Assembly: GCA_041891055.1 (NCBI GenBank)
Contig: CP169074.1
Location: 1,472,001 to 1,536,000, forward strand
DNA length: 64,000 nt
DNA from: Halorutilales archaeon Cl-col2-1
GTDB taxonomy: Archaea > Halobacteriota > Halobacteria > Halobacteriales > Afararchaeaceae
Reading direction: 5' to 3'
Below the pieces are notes generated by a model, which saw only the letters and a list, made by a program, of their open reading frames with translations, ran no database searches and had not been told where the DNA came from. This document shows, piece after piece, positions 22,172 to 33,534 of this stretch. Position 1 is the first letter of the stretch. The number at the start of each line of letters is the position of its first letter. Position numbers and translations under genes: made by a program.

Positions 22172-22229
22172 ACTGTGTCTATGTCGCAGACGCTCAAAAG
22201 CTTTTAAGAGACGGACTCCAAGACAGACC

Positions 22230-23528
22230 GTGCGACTAATACACGTCGGTGTTCCCTCGGGAAAGCTTGAAGCGGTAGTTGAGGCACTCGAAGACGCCGG
22301 CGTCGAGTACACTGTCACAGCCACACACGAGACGTCTAACGGAGAGTACTCCGACGTCATTGTGTTCCCCGCCGAGGACGAAGAAGTCGAGAATCACCTC
22401 GAACGTCTGAGGGAGGCGGGCGTCGAGAAGGACGGATACGCCGCTGTGACCGACACCGAGACGGTGATATCGAGAAAGCTGGAGGAGAGACGCGAGGAGA
22501 AAGAGGAAGAAAAAGAGAATGAGAATGGGGGGGGAGAAGACGAAGAAGAGAGCGACACACGTATCTCACGCGAGGAGATGATCTCGACGGCGCGGGAGAT
22601 GACACGGAGTACGTCGAAATACGTCATATTCACCCTACTGAGCGCGGTCGTCGCGACTGCGGGTCTCCTGACTGACTCCGCCGCGGTCGTCGTGGGAAGT
22701 ATGGTTATAGCTCCCCTAATAGGACCTCCTATAGCCTCTAGCGTCGGCACGGTCGTGAGGGACGACGAACTCTTCTACGACGGTGTCCGTCTCCAAGTAA
22801 TAGGTGTTATCGTCGCGGTCGTGAGTGCGGCAGTCTTCGCGGCTTTCGCGCGTTTCGTCGCAGTTCCACATATAGACCTGCGTCTCCTGAGACAGGTCAA
22901 CGAGAGGGTCAACCCGGGGATACTCTCGCTCACGGTCGCGCTGGGTTCGGGAATAGCGGGCGCGCTCTCTCTGACCTCGGGGATGAGTACGGCACTCGTG
23001 GGAGTCATGATAGCCGCCGCACTCATTCCTCCCGCCGCGACCGTCGGACTTGGAATAGCCTACTTCGACTACCCGATGGCTGTGAGCGCGAGCATACTCG
23101 TACTCGTCAACGTCCTCTCTATAAACCTCGCAAGCCTCGCGACCTTCTGGGCGGAGGGCTACCGTCCGAAGCACTGGTTCGAGGAGGAGAAGGCGAAGAG
23201 CACGACACTGAGACGGATGGGAGTTCTCCTCATAGTCGTTCTAATTATGTCGTCGGTTCTCGGAGCGACGACTGGGAAAGAGAGACAGAACGCCGAGATT
23301 GAGGAGACTGTGAGAATGATAGGCGACGAGATGGGTGTCGAGGTTCTGTCTGTCGAGGTGTCTTACAGTTCGGGTGTCGTCTACAGAGATCCCGAGGAGA
23401 TCGTCGTGAGAGTCGCCGACGACGAGAGGGGTATAGCTGAGGAGATGAAAAGTCGGCTCACCGAGAGGATCGGCAGAAACGACATACGTCTCGTCGTGAT
23501 ATACGAGAACGCTGAGTCGGCGGGTTAG
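22230..23528 (+). CDS. TIGR00341 / DUF389 family membrane protein
   Basis: [36 protein letters not shown]; GTG start. Confidence 0.88.
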   Translation: MRLIHVGVPSGKLEAVVEALEDAGVEYTVTATHETSNGEYSDVIVFPAEDEEVENHLERLREAGVEKDGYAAVTDTETVISRKLEERREEKEEEKENENGGGEDEEESDTRISREEMISTAREMTRSTSKYVIFTLLSAVVATAGLLTDSAAVVVGSMVIAPLIGPPIASSVGTVVRDDELFYDGVRLQVIGVIVAVVSAAVFAAFARFVAVPHIDLRLLRQVNERVNPGILSLTVALGSGIAGALSLTSGMSTALVGVMIAAALIPPAATVGLGIAYFDYPMAVSASILVLVNVLSINLASLATFWAEGYRPKHWFEEEKAKSTTLRRMGVLLIVVLIMSSVLGATTGKERQNAEIEETVRMIGDEMGVEVLSVEVSYSSGVVYRDPEEIVVRVADDERGIAEEMKSRLTERIGRNDIRLVVIYENAESAG

Positions 23529-24880
23529 TCAGTAAACAGGGTCTTTTTCTCGGGTATCTCGTCTCCCGAGAGCGAGAGAAGATGTCTGGCGATCTTATAT
23601 GCGAGAAGCGGAGGAACTGCGTTTCCTATCTGCTGGGCTATGCTCTTGAAGCTACCACGGAAGACGAAGTCGTCGGGGAAGCCCTGTATACGCGCGCCCT
23701 CTCTTAGAGACAGTCCCCTGTCCTCGGTGGGATGTAGCTTCTCCCTCGGGTTGAAAGACTGAGTGTCGAGTGTGTTCGAGACGTCGTGTCTGTCGAGACG
23801 CATGTACTTGGGTCTCACACCGCTCTTGGTGTTGATGTCGTAAGCCTCGTCGTAGCCGTTGTACTCCGTCTTCCTCCTGAGCCAGCCGTCATCGTAGAGA
23901 CTTCTGACGACCTCCGGATCTGCGTCTATCCTCTCGATAGGTACGTAGTCGGGTCCAGAGCCGTCGGTCGCTTTGTACTTCTTACGTGTCCGGTGTCTCG
24001 ACACGAACCAGAGGACGTGTTGTTCGTCGTCAGTCAGGACGTCGTCGTAGAGATCCCAAGCCTGAACGTACTTCTCCCCAAACCTGCTAGACCTGTACAT
24101 CTTGCCCTCAGGTATCCTCCGGACGAGGTCGATGTCGTCTTCGGTCGGGAGCCTCGCCGTGTGGTTCTCGACGGTGTCACCGTCTCTAACCCATCTCTGG
24201 AACACGTTTCCAGGTTCGGTGTCGACTGTGACGACACCGTCTTGGGTGACCTCAGGGAGGTCGGTGATTGCATCGCCGACGAGAACGGCGTCTCTCGTGT
24301 CGCTCCCGTCGAGATCGTCGAGTGTCGTCTGTGTGTCACCCGGAAGCCTGTGGGTGGTTGAGGGAAGAGAAGGTGAGGCGTCTTCCGACTCCTTCACGCC
24401 TAAGAGGAAGTAACGCTCCCTCTTCTGAGGAACACCGTACTCGGCACTGTTGAGAACCCCGTCACATACCTCGTACCCCATATCCCTGTACTCGTCGCGC
24501 ACGGTGTCGAGGAAGCCGTCGGATATGTTACGGATACCCGCTACGTTCTCCATGACGACGTATTCGGGCTGTATCTCGTCGACCCAGTCGGTAAAGCTGA
24601 ATACGAGGCTGTTACGTTCGTCACCTTCCTCGCGCTCCCCTTTGGCGTGGCTGAATCCCTGACACGGAGGACTGCCGAAGACCAGGTCGAAGTCATCCCG
24701 AACCGTGTCGAGAACTCCGTCGGATATGTCGTGGTTGATAGCCTCAGAGGAAGGATGGTTGTGCGAGAATGTCGAGAGGGCGTCTTCGTCGATGTCGATT
24801 CCGTGTGTGACATCGATTCCCGCCATCTCGAAGCCACGGCTGAAGCCCCCGCATCCGCAGAATAGATCTATAGCTTTCAT
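23525..24880 (-). CDS. DNA (cytosine-5)-methyltransferase
   Basis: Motifs I DLFCGCGG, IV GSPPCQGFS, VI ENV, VIII QKRER, IX REGARIQGFPDDF, X QIGNAVPP. Confidence 0.95.
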   Translation of the reverse strand: MKAIDLFCGCGGFSRGFEMAGIDVTHGIDIDEDALSTFSHNHPSSEAINHDISDGVLDTVRDDFDLVFGSPPCQGFSHAKGEREEGDERNSLVFSFTDWVDEIQPEYVVMENVAGIRNISDGFLDTVRDEYRDMGYEVCDGVLNSAEYGVPQKRERYFLLGVKESEDASPSLPSTTHRLPGDTQTTLDDLDGSDTRDAVLVGDAITDLPEVTQDGVVTVDTEPGNVFQRWVRDGDTVENHTARLPTEDDIDLVRRIPEGKMYRSSRFGEKYVQAWDLYDDVLTDDEQHVLWFVSRHRTRKKYKATDGSGPDYVPIERIDADPEVVRSLYDDGWLRRKTEYNGYDEAYDINTKSGVRPKYMRLDRHDVSNTLDTQSFNPREKLHPTEDRGLSLREGARIQGFPDDFVFRGSFKSIAQQIGNAVPPLLAYKIARHLLSLSGDEIPEKKTLFTD

Positions 24881-24944
24881 CTGAGGTATCGGCTTCTTCG
24901 TGACCTACCCCTAAATGTTTATCTGTGCTTCGCCTCGAAGTAGT

Positions 24945-25901
24945 ATGGGCGAGGAGATATCCGACCTGGAGTATGGCTTTCTCGACAGTCTGTTACAGGA
25001 GATAGACGGGGTTGGAAAGGCGACTGCGGCACGGATCATAACCCGGAAAGAGGAGTTCGGTGAGTTTGGAGAGGTCTCAGCCGGAGATCTGGTCGAAGTA
25101 AACGGTATCACCGAGGAGAAGGCTGAGAGAGTCGTCGAGAAGCTCCGGGGGGTAGACTTCACCAAGGAGGTCGAGACGGTCTACACTGAGAAGATAATCA
25201 AGGACTTCCTCGACAGCCAGTACGAGAAGCTACGAAGTCTGGGGTTAGAAGACCTCGACATCAACGTCCTCCTTATCAAGGCACTCGGGTTCACGACAGC
25301 CGAGGAGGCTATAGAGTTCTACGTCTACCAGAGGATAACACGTTCGTCGGTGACAGAGTGGGGTCAGTCAGCGGTGGAAGACATCTGTTTCGTCTCGGGT
25401 GCCGAGGAGATCCCCGCAGACGAGAACGTTAGTGTGAGTGGAAAGAGGTTCGACATGAAGAAAGAGAAGGGATCTGAGACCTACTACATACAGCTCAAGT
25501 CAGGTCCCAACACTATGAACGTCGGAATGGTGAACTCGCTCAACGAGATGGTAGCGAGGATAGAGGAGAAACACGAGGACGCCGTAGGTATGTTGGGAAT
25601 GACATACGGAACCAAGTCACAGGTGTCGAGCCAGATACGTGACAACCTCGACGGCTTCGACGAGAGGTCTCTTATAGGCGAGGATTTCTGGGAGTTCCTG
25701 ACGGGAGACGAGGAGTACTACGGTAGTCTGATCCGTCTTATAGACGGTCTTTCGACAGAGTACGAGGACGAGTACAGACAGACATACCTCGAACTCGTCG
25801 AGTCCCAGACGGAGAGGCTCGAAGAAGAGTGGGAAGAGAGATACGGGAGTCTGGGTAGGGAAGGTCTCGACAGGTTCGTCGAGGAGTACACGGGAGTCTA
25901 A
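24945..25901 (+). CDS. Putative type II restriction endonuclease (EcoO109I/PmeII-like PD-(D/E)xK) with N-terminal helix-hairpin-helix pair
   Basis: HhH motifs IDGVGKATA and VNGITEEKA; FDM...YIQLKSGPNTMN; IGEDFWEFLTG; divergent from the C5-MTase. Confidence 0.7.
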   Translation: MGEEISDLEYGFLDSLLQEIDGVGKATAARIITRKEEFGEFGEVSAGDLVEVNGITEEKAERVVEKLRGVDFTKEVETVYTEKIIKDFLDSQYEKLRSLGLEDLDINVLLIKALGFTTAEEAIEFYVYQRITRSSVTEWGQSAVEDICFVSGAEEIPADENVSVSGKRFDMKKEKGSETYYIQLKSGPNTMNVGMVNSLNEMVARIEEKHEDAVGMLGMTYGTKSQVSSQIRDNLDGFDERSLIGEDFWEFLTGDEEYYGSLIRLIDGLSTEYEDEYRQTYLELVESQTERLEEEWEERYGSLGREGLDRFVEEYTGV

Positions 25902-26248
25902 GCTACGAGAGATCCGAGCCAGACAGCCGTGAGCGACAAGAATAGATTGGCGGCGGCGTTGAGAGCCGACCGTGGTTTCTCGCCCGTCTCCCAGAGACGG
26001 AAGGTCTCGAACGAGAACGACGAGAAAGTAGTGAAGGAGCCACACGCTCCCGTGCCGACGAGAAGTGTTAGCTGGCTTCCGGCGTCGGAGAAGGTCACGA
26101 GTGCGAGTACGAAGCTACCTACTGTATTCACGACTAAAGTCGAAAGAGGGAACTCCCTCATGCTTACTACTCTTGAGACCGAGTACCGTGTGACTGCGCC
26201 GATAGCACCGCCGACACCGACGAGTAAGGCGGGCTGGATAGAACTCAT
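25898..26248 (-). CDS. crcB: Fluoride channel Fluc/CrcB
   Basis: GGAIGAVTRY, TLVVNTVGSF, GACGSFTTFSSF. Confidence 0.92.
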   Translation of the reverse strand: MSSIQPALLVGVGGAIGAVTRYSVSRVVSMREFPLSTLVVNTVGSFVLALVTFSDAGSQLTLLVGTGACGSFTTFSSFSFETFRLWETGEKPRSALNAAANLFLSLTAVWLGSLVA

Positions 26249-26643
26249 CGATCACACCTCGTTGTTCTCAGAATCACTTCGCGTCCGAGATACACAGCAG
26301 TGAGACCGAGGACGTAGTTGGCACCGACGTTGGCGACTGTATACGTGACGGTAGGCTGTGTGAACGTCTCGACTCCGAAGGTGCTGTAAGTCGTGAGTGA
26401 CGACAGAAATCCCGTCGAGACGACATAACGTGACTCCTCCGAGATGAAGTCAATATCGACGTGGATAGACTCGTACATCACGACGCCGAGGAGGAAGCTC
26501 CCGACGACGTTGACCGCGAGAGTGCCGAGAGGCGATGCGAGAGAAGCCGAGACGACATATCGGAGACCCGCACCGGCGAATCCGCCTAAGCCGATCAGAG
26601 AGGAAGCCTTGGCATACGACAGACGGCGCGAGGGCTTCGACAT
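26245..26643 (-). CDS. crcB: Fluoride channel Fluc/CrcB (partner copy)
   Basis: GGFAGAGLRY, TLAVNVVGSF, GFLSSLTTYSTF. Confidence 0.9.
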   Translation of the reverse strand: MSKPSRRLSYAKASSLIGLGGFAGAGLRYVVSASLASPLGTLAVNVVGSFLLGVVMYESIHVDIDFISEESRYVVSTGFLSSLTTYSTFGVETFTQPTVTYTVANVGANYVLGLTAVYLGREVILRTTRCDR

Positions 26644-26650
26644 GCTATCC

Positions 26651-27901
26651 CTACCCTATCTCGACCTTCTCACCGAGCTTCGGCGCGTGTGCATCGACGC
26701 CGAGACTCTCGCGAACCCATTCAGCGAAGGAGACACAGTCGTCGTCGTCGCCGTGGACACACAGAACCTCCTCGACTCCGTTCTCGACTGCCTTCTCGAC
26801 GTAGGACTTGAGACCGTCGCCATCGGCGTGGGCGGAGAAGTCGTGTAGCTCGACCTGTGCCGAAATCGGGAGTATCTTGCCGTCGATCTCGGCGCGGCTC
26901 GATTCGAGTGCACGCCTGCCGGGGGTTCCCTCGACCTGGTAGCCCGTGAGACAGATCTTGTTCGCGGGATTGTCGAAGAGACCTTTTATGTAGTACATAG
27001 CGGGTCCGCCCGTGAGCATACCGCTCGTGGTGACGACTGCTGCACCGTTTCCGAGGACTCGGTCTCTCTTCGATGGGTCGACCTTTCTCGCGTGGTTCCA
27101 CGCTCTCTTGAGAGCCCCGGGATCACGGACGTAGTCGGGATGTTCGCGGAGTATAGTCGTGACGTCACAGCCCATTCCGTCGACATAACACGGTATGTCG
27201 TTTTCGGCGAGCACCATCAGAATCTCCTGAGTGCGTCCTATCGCGAAGACGGGTATCAGTACGTCGCCGCCCTGGTGGAGAGTCTCCCTCACCGACCTCA
27301 CGAACTCTTCCTCGACCTTCTCGCGGTCTTCGTGTTCGTAGTTAAAGTAGGTGCTCTCGACCACGAGGGCGTCGGCAGGGGGCGGCGGCGAAGCGGCTTC
27401 TAAGAGACGTGTCTGTGTCGTGTTTATGTCTCCGGTGTAGAGAAGTCTCGTCTCGCTGTCGTCGATCCTGACCGAGGCACTTCCGGGTATATGTCCAGCG
27501 TGGTGGAAGTCACAGTCGAAGCCCGCCGCCTCGAACCCCTCTCGGTCTCCGTAACCGTGGAGACGTGAGACCTCCGAGAGACGTGAGACGTCCTCGCGTG
27601 AGAAAGGTGCTCTGTAGGACCCGGATCTCTGGACAATCTTGAGAGTGTCGTTGGCGAGTAGCTCCGAGAGGTTACGTGTCGGAGGTGTCTGGTGGACGGG
27701 TGGGTAGTCGTGCATCAGGGTCGGGAGCGCGCCGACGTGGTCGAGATGTCCGTGTGATATAATGACCTCATCGGGGTCGGCACGTGAAAGAGGGAACTCG
27801 GGCGGATTTCCCGTCTTCATTCCGTAGTCAACGAGGAGACCGTCGATAAGGAACGCACTCCTGCCGACTTCGCGAGCACCCCCGAGACAGCTTATTCTCA
27901 T
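26651..27901 (-). CDS. MBL-fold beta-CASP ribonuclease (archaeal CPSF2-like, no KH domains)
   Basis: GGAREVGRS, SHGHLDHVG, AGHIPGS, YTGD, ESTY, GRTQE, FSAHAD, VHGD. Confidence 0.88.
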   Translation of the reverse strand: MRISCLGGAREVGRSAFLIDGLLVDYGMKTGNPPEFPLSRADPDEVIISHGHLDHVGALPTLMHDYPPVHQTPPTRNLSELLANDTLKIVQRSGSYRAPFSREDVSRLSEVSRLHGYGDREGFEAAGFDCDFHHAGHIPGSASVRIDDSETRLLYTGDINTTQTRLLEAASPPPPADALVVESTYFNYEHEDREKVEEEFVRSVRETLHQGGDVLIPVFAIGRTQEILMVLAENDIPCYVDGMGCDVTTILREHPDYVRDPGALKRAWNHARKVDPSKRDRVLGNGAAVVTTSGMLTGGPAMYYIKGLFDNPANKICLTGYQVEGTPGRRALESSRAEIDGKILPISAQVELHDFSAHADGDGLKSYVEKAVENGVEEVLCVHGDDDDCVSFAEWVRESLGVDAHAPKLGEKVEIG

Positions 27902-27985
27902 GGAGGTCGTAAGAGATAGGCGTCCTAATCAGTTCGGTTCTGCCGGTAGGTAGTAGTAGCCGCGTGTAGTAGTTAGGACAAGAAG

Positions 27986-28774
27986 ATGACTGTGAACGAC
28001 GAAGACGGCGAGATACATCCCGACGTGAGGGATATACTCAAAGACGCGAGAAAACGAGCCAACGAAGCCGAGAGAAGGATAGATGAGGTCGAAGCGAGGA
28101 GCTTCGAGGACGCAGTCGAAGACGCGAACGACGACAACAGAACACCACTGATAGCGGAGGTCAAGCCGACTTCCCCGACGACTCAGGGAGTGAAAGAGAC
28201 AGACCCCGTCGAGGCGGCGAGGGAGATGGTCGAGGGCGGTGCTTCGGCTCTCTCAGTACTCACGGAGCCCGAACATTTCGGGGGGAGCCTCGAAAACCTG
28301 AGACGCGTGAGGGACGCCGTCGATGTGCCCGTACTGCGGAAAGACTTCATACTCGACTCTTCTCAGCTATACGAGGTCGAGACCGACATGGTACTCCTGA
28401 TAGCCGCGTTCCTCGACGACGAACTCGGCGAACTCGTCGACGAGGCTCTAAGTCTGGGTCTACAGCCCTTAGTCGAGGTACACACACACGAAGAGCTCGA
28501 ACGCGCGCTCGATACAGACGCAGGTCTGATAGGGGTCAACAGCCGTGACCTCAAGCAGTTGGAGGTCGACCTCTCAGTCTCGGAGGATCTTTTACCAGAG
28601 GTGCCTGACGACAGAATAGGTATCGCCGAGAGCGGAATAGAGACGCGCGAAGACGTCAAGAGGATGGTCGAGGCAGGAGCCGACGCGCTCCTCGTCGGAA
28701 CGGCTATAATGCAGGACGAAGACGTGAGCGGGACGACACGGAGGCTCGTGGGGGCGCGCGAAACACAAGCTTAA
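27986..28774 (+). CDS. trpC: Indole-3-glycerol phosphate synthase
   Basis: [43 protein letters not shown]. Confidence 0.95.
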   Translation: MTVNDEDGEIHPDVRDILKDARKRANEAERRIDEVEARSFEDAVEDANDDNRTPLIAEVKPTSPTTQGVKETDPVEAAREMVEGGASALSVLTEPEHFGGSLENLRRVRDAVDVPVLRKDFILDSSQLYEVETDMVLLIAAFLDDELGELVDEALSLGLQPLVEVHTHEELERALDTDAGLIGVNSRDLKQLEVDLSVSEDLLPEVPDDRIGIAESGIETREDVKRMVEAGADALLVGTAIMQDEDVSGTTRRLVGARETQA

Positions 28775-28809
28775 TGTACAGATAAGTACATAGATGAACA
28801 AGAAAGAAC

Positions 28810-29994
28810 ATGACTGCTAACTCAGAGGGCAAGTTCGGGGATTACGGAGGTCAGTACATTCCCGAGGTTCTGATGCCCGCGATAGAGGAGCTTGAGGAAG
28901 CTTACGACGAGTATCTGAGTGACGACGAGTTTCTCGACGACCTCAACGCGAAGCTCAGAGACTACGGAGGACGTCCGACGCCCCTCTACCACGCGCCCGA
29001 ACTCAGCGAACGCGTGGGTTCGAAGGTCTACCTCAAGCGCGAGGATCTACTCCACGGAGGCGCGCACAAGCTCAACAACGCCCTCGGACAGGCACTCTTA
29101 GCGAAGAGGATGGGGAAGGACAGGATAATCGCCGAGACAGGGGCGGGACAGCACGGGACTGCGACAGCGATGGCTGCGGCGGCACTCGGAATCGACTGTG
29201 AGATATACATGGGAGCGAAGGACATAGAGAGACAGAAGCCCAACGTCTTCCGTATGCGTCTGATGGGGGCGGAGGTCAACCCCGTCGAGACCGGGACGGG
29301 TACTCTCAAAGACGCCATAAACGAGACTCTGCGTGACTGGGCTACGAACGTCGAGGACACACATTACGTCATAGGATCGATAGTGGGTCCCCATCCATTC
29401 CCCGCGATGGTACGTGACTTCCAGAGCGTGATAGGCAGAGAGATACGTCAACAGTCGGTAGAGAAAGAGGGTCGTCTCCCCGACTCGGTAGTTGCGTGTG
29501 CGGGTGGCGGGTCGAACACGATGGGGGCTTTCTACGACTTCATAGACGATGAGGAGGTCGACCTCTACGCCGTAGAGGCGGGGGGTTCGTCACTCGAAGT
29601 CAACGAGGAGAGGGCACCCAACTCGGCTTCGCTCAACATAGGTGAGGAGGGCGTCCTCCACGGCGCGCGTACTAAGATTCTCGAAGATGAAGACGGACAG
29701 ATACTCGAAAGCCACTCTCTGAGCGCGGGTCTCGACTACTCGGGCGTCGGACCCGAACTCGCCTACCTCGTCGACTCGGGCAGGGTCGAACCGAGGACAG
29801 CCGACGACGACGAGGCACTCGAAGCATTCCATCTCGTGAGTGAGACTGAGGGAATAATCCCCGCTCTCGAATCGAGCCACGCGGTCGCTCTACTCGAAAA
29901 GGAAGACCTCGGAGACTTCGTCGTCGTCAACCTCTCGGGAAGAGGAGACAAGGATCTCGACACAGTCATGGAGAAGTCGGGGGTGGAGGTATGA
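28810..29994 (+). CDS. trpB: Tryptophan synthase beta chain
   Basis: [39 protein letters not shown]; lies within trpCBA. Confidence 0.97.
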   Translation: MTANSEGKFGDYGGQYIPEVLMPAIEELEEAYDEYLSDDEFLDDLNAKLRDYGGRPTPLYHAPELSERVGSKVYLKREDLLHGGAHKLNNALGQALLAKRMGKDRIIAETGAGQHGTATAMAAAALGIDCEIYMGAKDIERQKPNVFRMRLMGAEVNPVETGTGTLKDAINETLRDWATNVEDTHYVIGSIVGPHPFPAMVRDFQSVIGREIRQQSVEKEGRLPDSVVACAGGGSNTMGAFYDFIDDEEVDLYAVEAGGSSLEVNEERAPNSASLNIGEEGVLHGARTKILEDEDGQILESHSLSAGLDYSGVGPELAYLVDSGRVEPRTADDDEALEAFHLVSETEGIIPALESSHAVALLEKEDLGDFVVVNLSGRGDKDLDTVMEKSGVEV

Positions 29995-30758
29995 TCGAGT
30001 TCCCCGACGAGCCCGCTCTGATACCCTACTTTACAGCGGGCGACCCTTCGGTCGAGTCGGTGCCCGAGATAATAGAGGCACTCGAAGACGGAGGCGCGGA
30101 CGTGATAGAGGTCGGACTCCCTTTCAGCGAGCCCGTCGCAGACGGTCCGACTATACAGGAGGCGATAGCCCGCGCACTTGACAACGGAATGACACCCGAT
30201 GTCTTCTTCGAGAAGGTCAGCGAGGCGGAGGTCGAGGTTCCTCTCGTCGTGATGACCTACTACAACATCATATTCCACAGAGGGGTCGAGGAGTTCGTCG
30301 AGGACTGTGCCGAAGTCGGAATAGAAGGTATAATCGTCCCCGACCTGCCGGTCGAAGAGTCGGACGAGCTCTACGAGGCGTGCCGAAAGAACAACATCGA
30401 CCTTATCTTCATAATCGCTCCGACGACAGACGACGAGAGAATAGAAGGTATCATGGAACGTGTCTCGGGCTTCGTCTACGTACAGGCACGTCTCGGCACG
30501 ACGGGGGCGCGCGAAGACGTCTCGGGGACGACCTACGACGTACTCGAAAGACTCGAAGGATACGACGTCCCGAAGGCTGTCGGATTCGGCGTCTCGAAGG
30601 AGGAACACGCCCGGTCGATAATCGAGGGGGGTGCCGACGGCGTCGTAGCAGGGAGCGTCTTCGTCGAGACTGCGGCAGAAAGCGAAGAGTACGCCGAGGC
30701 TGTCGAGGAGAAGGCGCGCGAGTTAAAGAGAGGTGCTGTCTCAGGCGAGGAAAGATAA
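29991..30758 (+). CDS. trpA: Tryptophan synthase alpha chain
   Basis: [48 protein letters not shown]. Confidence 0.96.
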   Translation: MIEFPDEPALIPYFTAGDPSVESVPEIIEALEDGGADVIEVGLPFSEPVADGPTIQEAIARALDNGMTPDVFFEKVSEAEVEVPLVVMTYYNIIFHRGVEEFVEDCAEVGIEGIIVPDLPVEESDELYEACRKNNIDLIFIIAPTTDDERIEGIMERVSGFVYVQARLGTTGAREDVSGTTYDVLERLEGYDVPKAVGFGVSKEEHARSIIEGGADGVVAGSVFVETAAESEEYAEAVEEKARELKRGAVSGEER

Positions 30759-30832
30759 TATCCTCACATTCGATCCTTGAGATAAGAAAGCTTGAAGTTA
30801 AGGGGGGTTGGTAATGTATGTAAAACATTAGC

Positions 30833-32158
30833 ATGAAGCCCCTGTCGTATCTCGCCCCTCTGCTTCGCGGGTCGAGTATTGGATGGAGAAGATGGCTCTC
30901 GAACACCTCGAACCTCGTCCATATCTCGGTTCTCGTCTTCGTGCCCGCACTCCTCGTTCTCATAATAGAGATAGGTGTAATGAGTCAGATCAGTTACTTC
31001 CTCTTCCCTCCGCTTGCTTCAGCTTCGTTTACGCTCTTCTCAGACCCTGACGGCGACTACTCGAACCCGAGAAACCTGATAGGTGGTCTCACACTCGGCG
31101 CGTTCATAGGCTGGGCTTCGTTCACAGCCTTCGGCTACGGCGGCGTCGCGGCGGGAATCGCCCTCTTCGTCACAGGTACAGTAACCTGGTTCGGGGGATT
31201 CGAACATCCGAGTGCTTTCTCGGCGACACTACTCGCTGTGGTTCTCAAAGCCGACTCTTACCTCTATGTCATCTCGGTTCTGGGTGCGACAGCCGTGGTC
31301 GGAGGAGTCTTCTACGTCTGGAAGACACGTTTCTACGACGTGAGGTCGGAGTACCTCTACGAACACACATGGAGCGACGACCGTGTCCTCGTGCCTATAC
31401 GCCAGAGAGAGGACACGTGTATCACCGACTTCGCCGCACAGATAGCGGGGGCACACGAGGCGGGAAGGGTCGTACTCCTAAACGTCACCGAGGACGAGAA
31501 CGTGATAGAAAACGCGAGGAAGTTAGAGGATCTCGCAAACGAGATCAGAGAGGGGTACGACGTCAACGTCGAGGTCTCTATACTCGAAGCAGAGCTCGAC
31601 GACGCACGTGCTGTCCTGGACGCCGCCGAGAGGTACTCGTGTGACCTCATAGCGGTGCCGTGGGAAGGCGAGTCAGGAGTCTCCGACTACATCAGCAGCC
31701 TCTTCGGGGGAGACAGGGACGTAGTCGTCTACCGTCCGTCGCTCGACGAAGAGAAGCAGGACTCGGGACCATGGCACGACGTACTCGTTCCCGTCAAGGG
31801 AGACGACGAGCTATCGCGTCTGATGGTTGACTTCGCGTCACGTCTCGTGGGAAAAGGGGCAATAAGCGTCTCGAAGATTATCTCTAACGAGAGCGAGAGG
31901 AGAAGTGCAGAGAAGGATCTCTTCGACCTCGTCGACGGATTCACAGGGAGGTTCGAGACACGTGTCACGAACGTCTCGAATATATCACGTGAGGAGTTCA
32001 TATCGAAGGCTTGTAGCGAGTACGACCTGATGTTACTCGGGGCATCGACCGACAGACCCGTGGCTTCACGGTTCTTCTCACCACCTATGGTAGAACAGGT
32101 CATAAACAAGGTCGACATACCCGTCGTGATCGTCCACAGCGAGTCGGCTTCGAGATGA
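30833..32158 (+). CDS. HPP family membrane protein fused to universal stress protein-like domains
   Basis: LFPPLAS..F, EHPSAFS in the TM part; VLVP twice, CDLIAV, DLMLLGAS, PVVIV in the soluble part. Confidence 0.75.
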   Translation: MKPLSYLAPLLRGSSIGWRRWLSNTSNLVHISVLVFVPALLVLIIEIGVMSQISYFLFPPLASASFTLFSDPDGDYSNPRNLIGGLTLGAFIGWASFTAFGYGGVAAGIALFVTGTVTWFGGFEHPSAFSATLLAVVLKADSYLYVISVLGATAVVGGVFYVWKTRFYDVRSEYLYEHTWSDDRVLVPIRQREDTCITDFAAQIAGAHEAGRVVLLNVTEDENVIENARKLEDLANEIREGYDVNVEVSILEAELDDARAVLDAAERYSCDLIAVPWEGESGVSDYISSLFGGDRDVVVYRPSLDEEKQDSGPWHDVLVPVKGDDELSRLMVDFASRLVGKGAISVSKIISNESERRSAEKDLFDLVDGFTGRFETRVTNVSNISREEFISKACSEYDLMLLGASTDRPVASRFFSPPMVEQVINKVDIPVVIVHSESASR

Positions 32159-32168
32159 GGCGTTCGGA

Positions 32169-33458
32169 TCAGAGACGAGAGGAGACGAGTCTTCCGTGTC
32201 CCGCCTCGCCGAAGCTCTCTTTTTCGGCGTCGTAGACGACCTCGCCTCGGCAGAGAACGAGGTCGGGGAAGACACCCGTCATTTCCTCGTACGGTGTCCA
32301 GTCCGCCTTTGAGTGTAGCTTCTCGGCTCTTATCTCCTCAGTCTCCATATCTGTAACCACGAGGTCAGCGTCGTTTCCGACCTCTATACCGCCCTTCGTG
32401 TCGAACCCGAAGACTTCAGCGGGGTTCGTCGAGGTTAGCTCGACGGCTCTCGAAAGACTGAGTTTGTCCTCGACGACGGCTCCGAGAACGAGCGGGAGTA
32501 GAGTCTCGACACCGGGTACTCCCGACGGTGCCTGAGTTATAGGAGCGTTCTTCTCGTCTACTGTGTGGGGAGCGTGGTCGCTCGCAATCAGATCGAAGGT
32601 GTCGGTCATATCCCAGAGAGTCTGTCTCGCCTCCTCGGTGCGTAGGGGAGGATTCATCCTGCCGAATGTACCGAGTTGGTCGAGGTCGTCGCGCGAGAGG
32701 AAGAGATGGTGAGGTGTGACCTCGCACGTGTGAGAGGTCGACGAGACGGCTTCAACCGAGTCGGGGTGGGAGGTGTGAGCGAAATGGAGACGAGCGTCGT
32801 CGATACCGTCGGCGATTCCGAGGGCGTCCTCGACTGCGGAGACCTCCGCCTCGGGAGGACGGTGGACAGACCAAGCGTCTGCGTTGTCCTCGTCGTAGTC
32901 GTCTATTTCGACGAAAAGAGACGAGTCCTCGGCGTGTATAGTCGAGAGCTTTCGATTCTCGGATATGATCCCGACTGCCTCGGCGAAGAGGTCACGCGGT
33001 ATGCCGAGCTTTCCGGTCGAGTCAGCCATGAATATCTCGCCGAAAGCCGTGACGGGGAGGTCGAGAAGCTCATCGGGCTTCCAGTCGGTCGTGACCCCCG
33101 CGTTTATGCCGAAGTCTATCACTGACTTCTCGTCTGCGAGACGTCTCTTCTGTTCGAAGGCGTCGGCGTCGACCGTCGGCGGAGAGGTGTTGGGCTGGTC
33201 GACTACAGTCGTGACGCCGCCTGCCGCCGCCGACCTCGATCCTGTGTGCCAGTCCTCCTTGTGTGTCGCTCCGGGCTCCCTGAAATGGACGTGGACGTCT
33301 ATAGCACCCGGGAGAACGAGACCCCCGTCGGCGTCTATCTCGTCGTCGGCTTCTACGTCTGTGTCTATTTGGGCAATCTCGCCGTCGTCTACGAGAATGT
33401 CGACGTCTCTGAGACTGCCGTCGTAAAAGACGCGTCCGTTACTGATCCTAAGGCTCAT
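32169..33458 (-). CDS. pyrC: Dihydroorotase
   Basis: PGAIDVHVHFREPG, AAAGGVTT..DQPNT, CEVTPHHL, MNPPLR, SDHAPH. Confidence 0.92.
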   Translation of the reverse strand: MSLRISNGRVFYDGSLRDVDILVDDGEIAQIDTDVEADDEIDADGGLVLPGAIDVHVHFREPGATHKEDWHTGSRSAAAGGVTTVVDQPNTSPPTVDADAFEQKRRLADEKSVIDFGINAGVTTDWKPDELLDLPVTAFGEIFMADSTGKLGIPRDLFAEAVGIISENRKLSTIHAEDSSLFVEIDDYDEDNADAWSVHRPPEAEVSAVEDALGIADGIDDARLHFAHTSHPDSVEAVSSTSHTCEVTPHHLFLSRDDLDQLGTFGRMNPPLRTEEARQTLWDMTDTFDLIASDHAPHTVDEKNAPITQAPSGVPGVETLLPLVLGAVVEDKLSLSRAVELTSTNPAEVFGFDTKGGIEVGNDADLVVTDMETEEIRAEKLHSKADWTPYEEMTGVFPDLVLCRGEVVYDAEKESFGEAGHGRLVSSRL

Positions 33459-33534
33459 TAGACGGTTTTGGGGACACGTATAGAAGAAAACGCGGGTTTC
33501 GGCTCGGTTCGGGTTCTATGCGAGGTCTCTGCTT

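Noticed and set aside
27947-27975. 9-nt matches to the predicted guide (CTACTACCT / AACTACTAC), also near 51310
   Set aside because: Low-complexity TAG/CTAC runs, too short, and not preceded by TAAC
26640-27985. Fluoride riboswitch upstream of the crcB pair
   Set aside because: crcB starts 7 bp after the beta-CASP stop and I could not find a convincing riboswitch fold upstream of either gene
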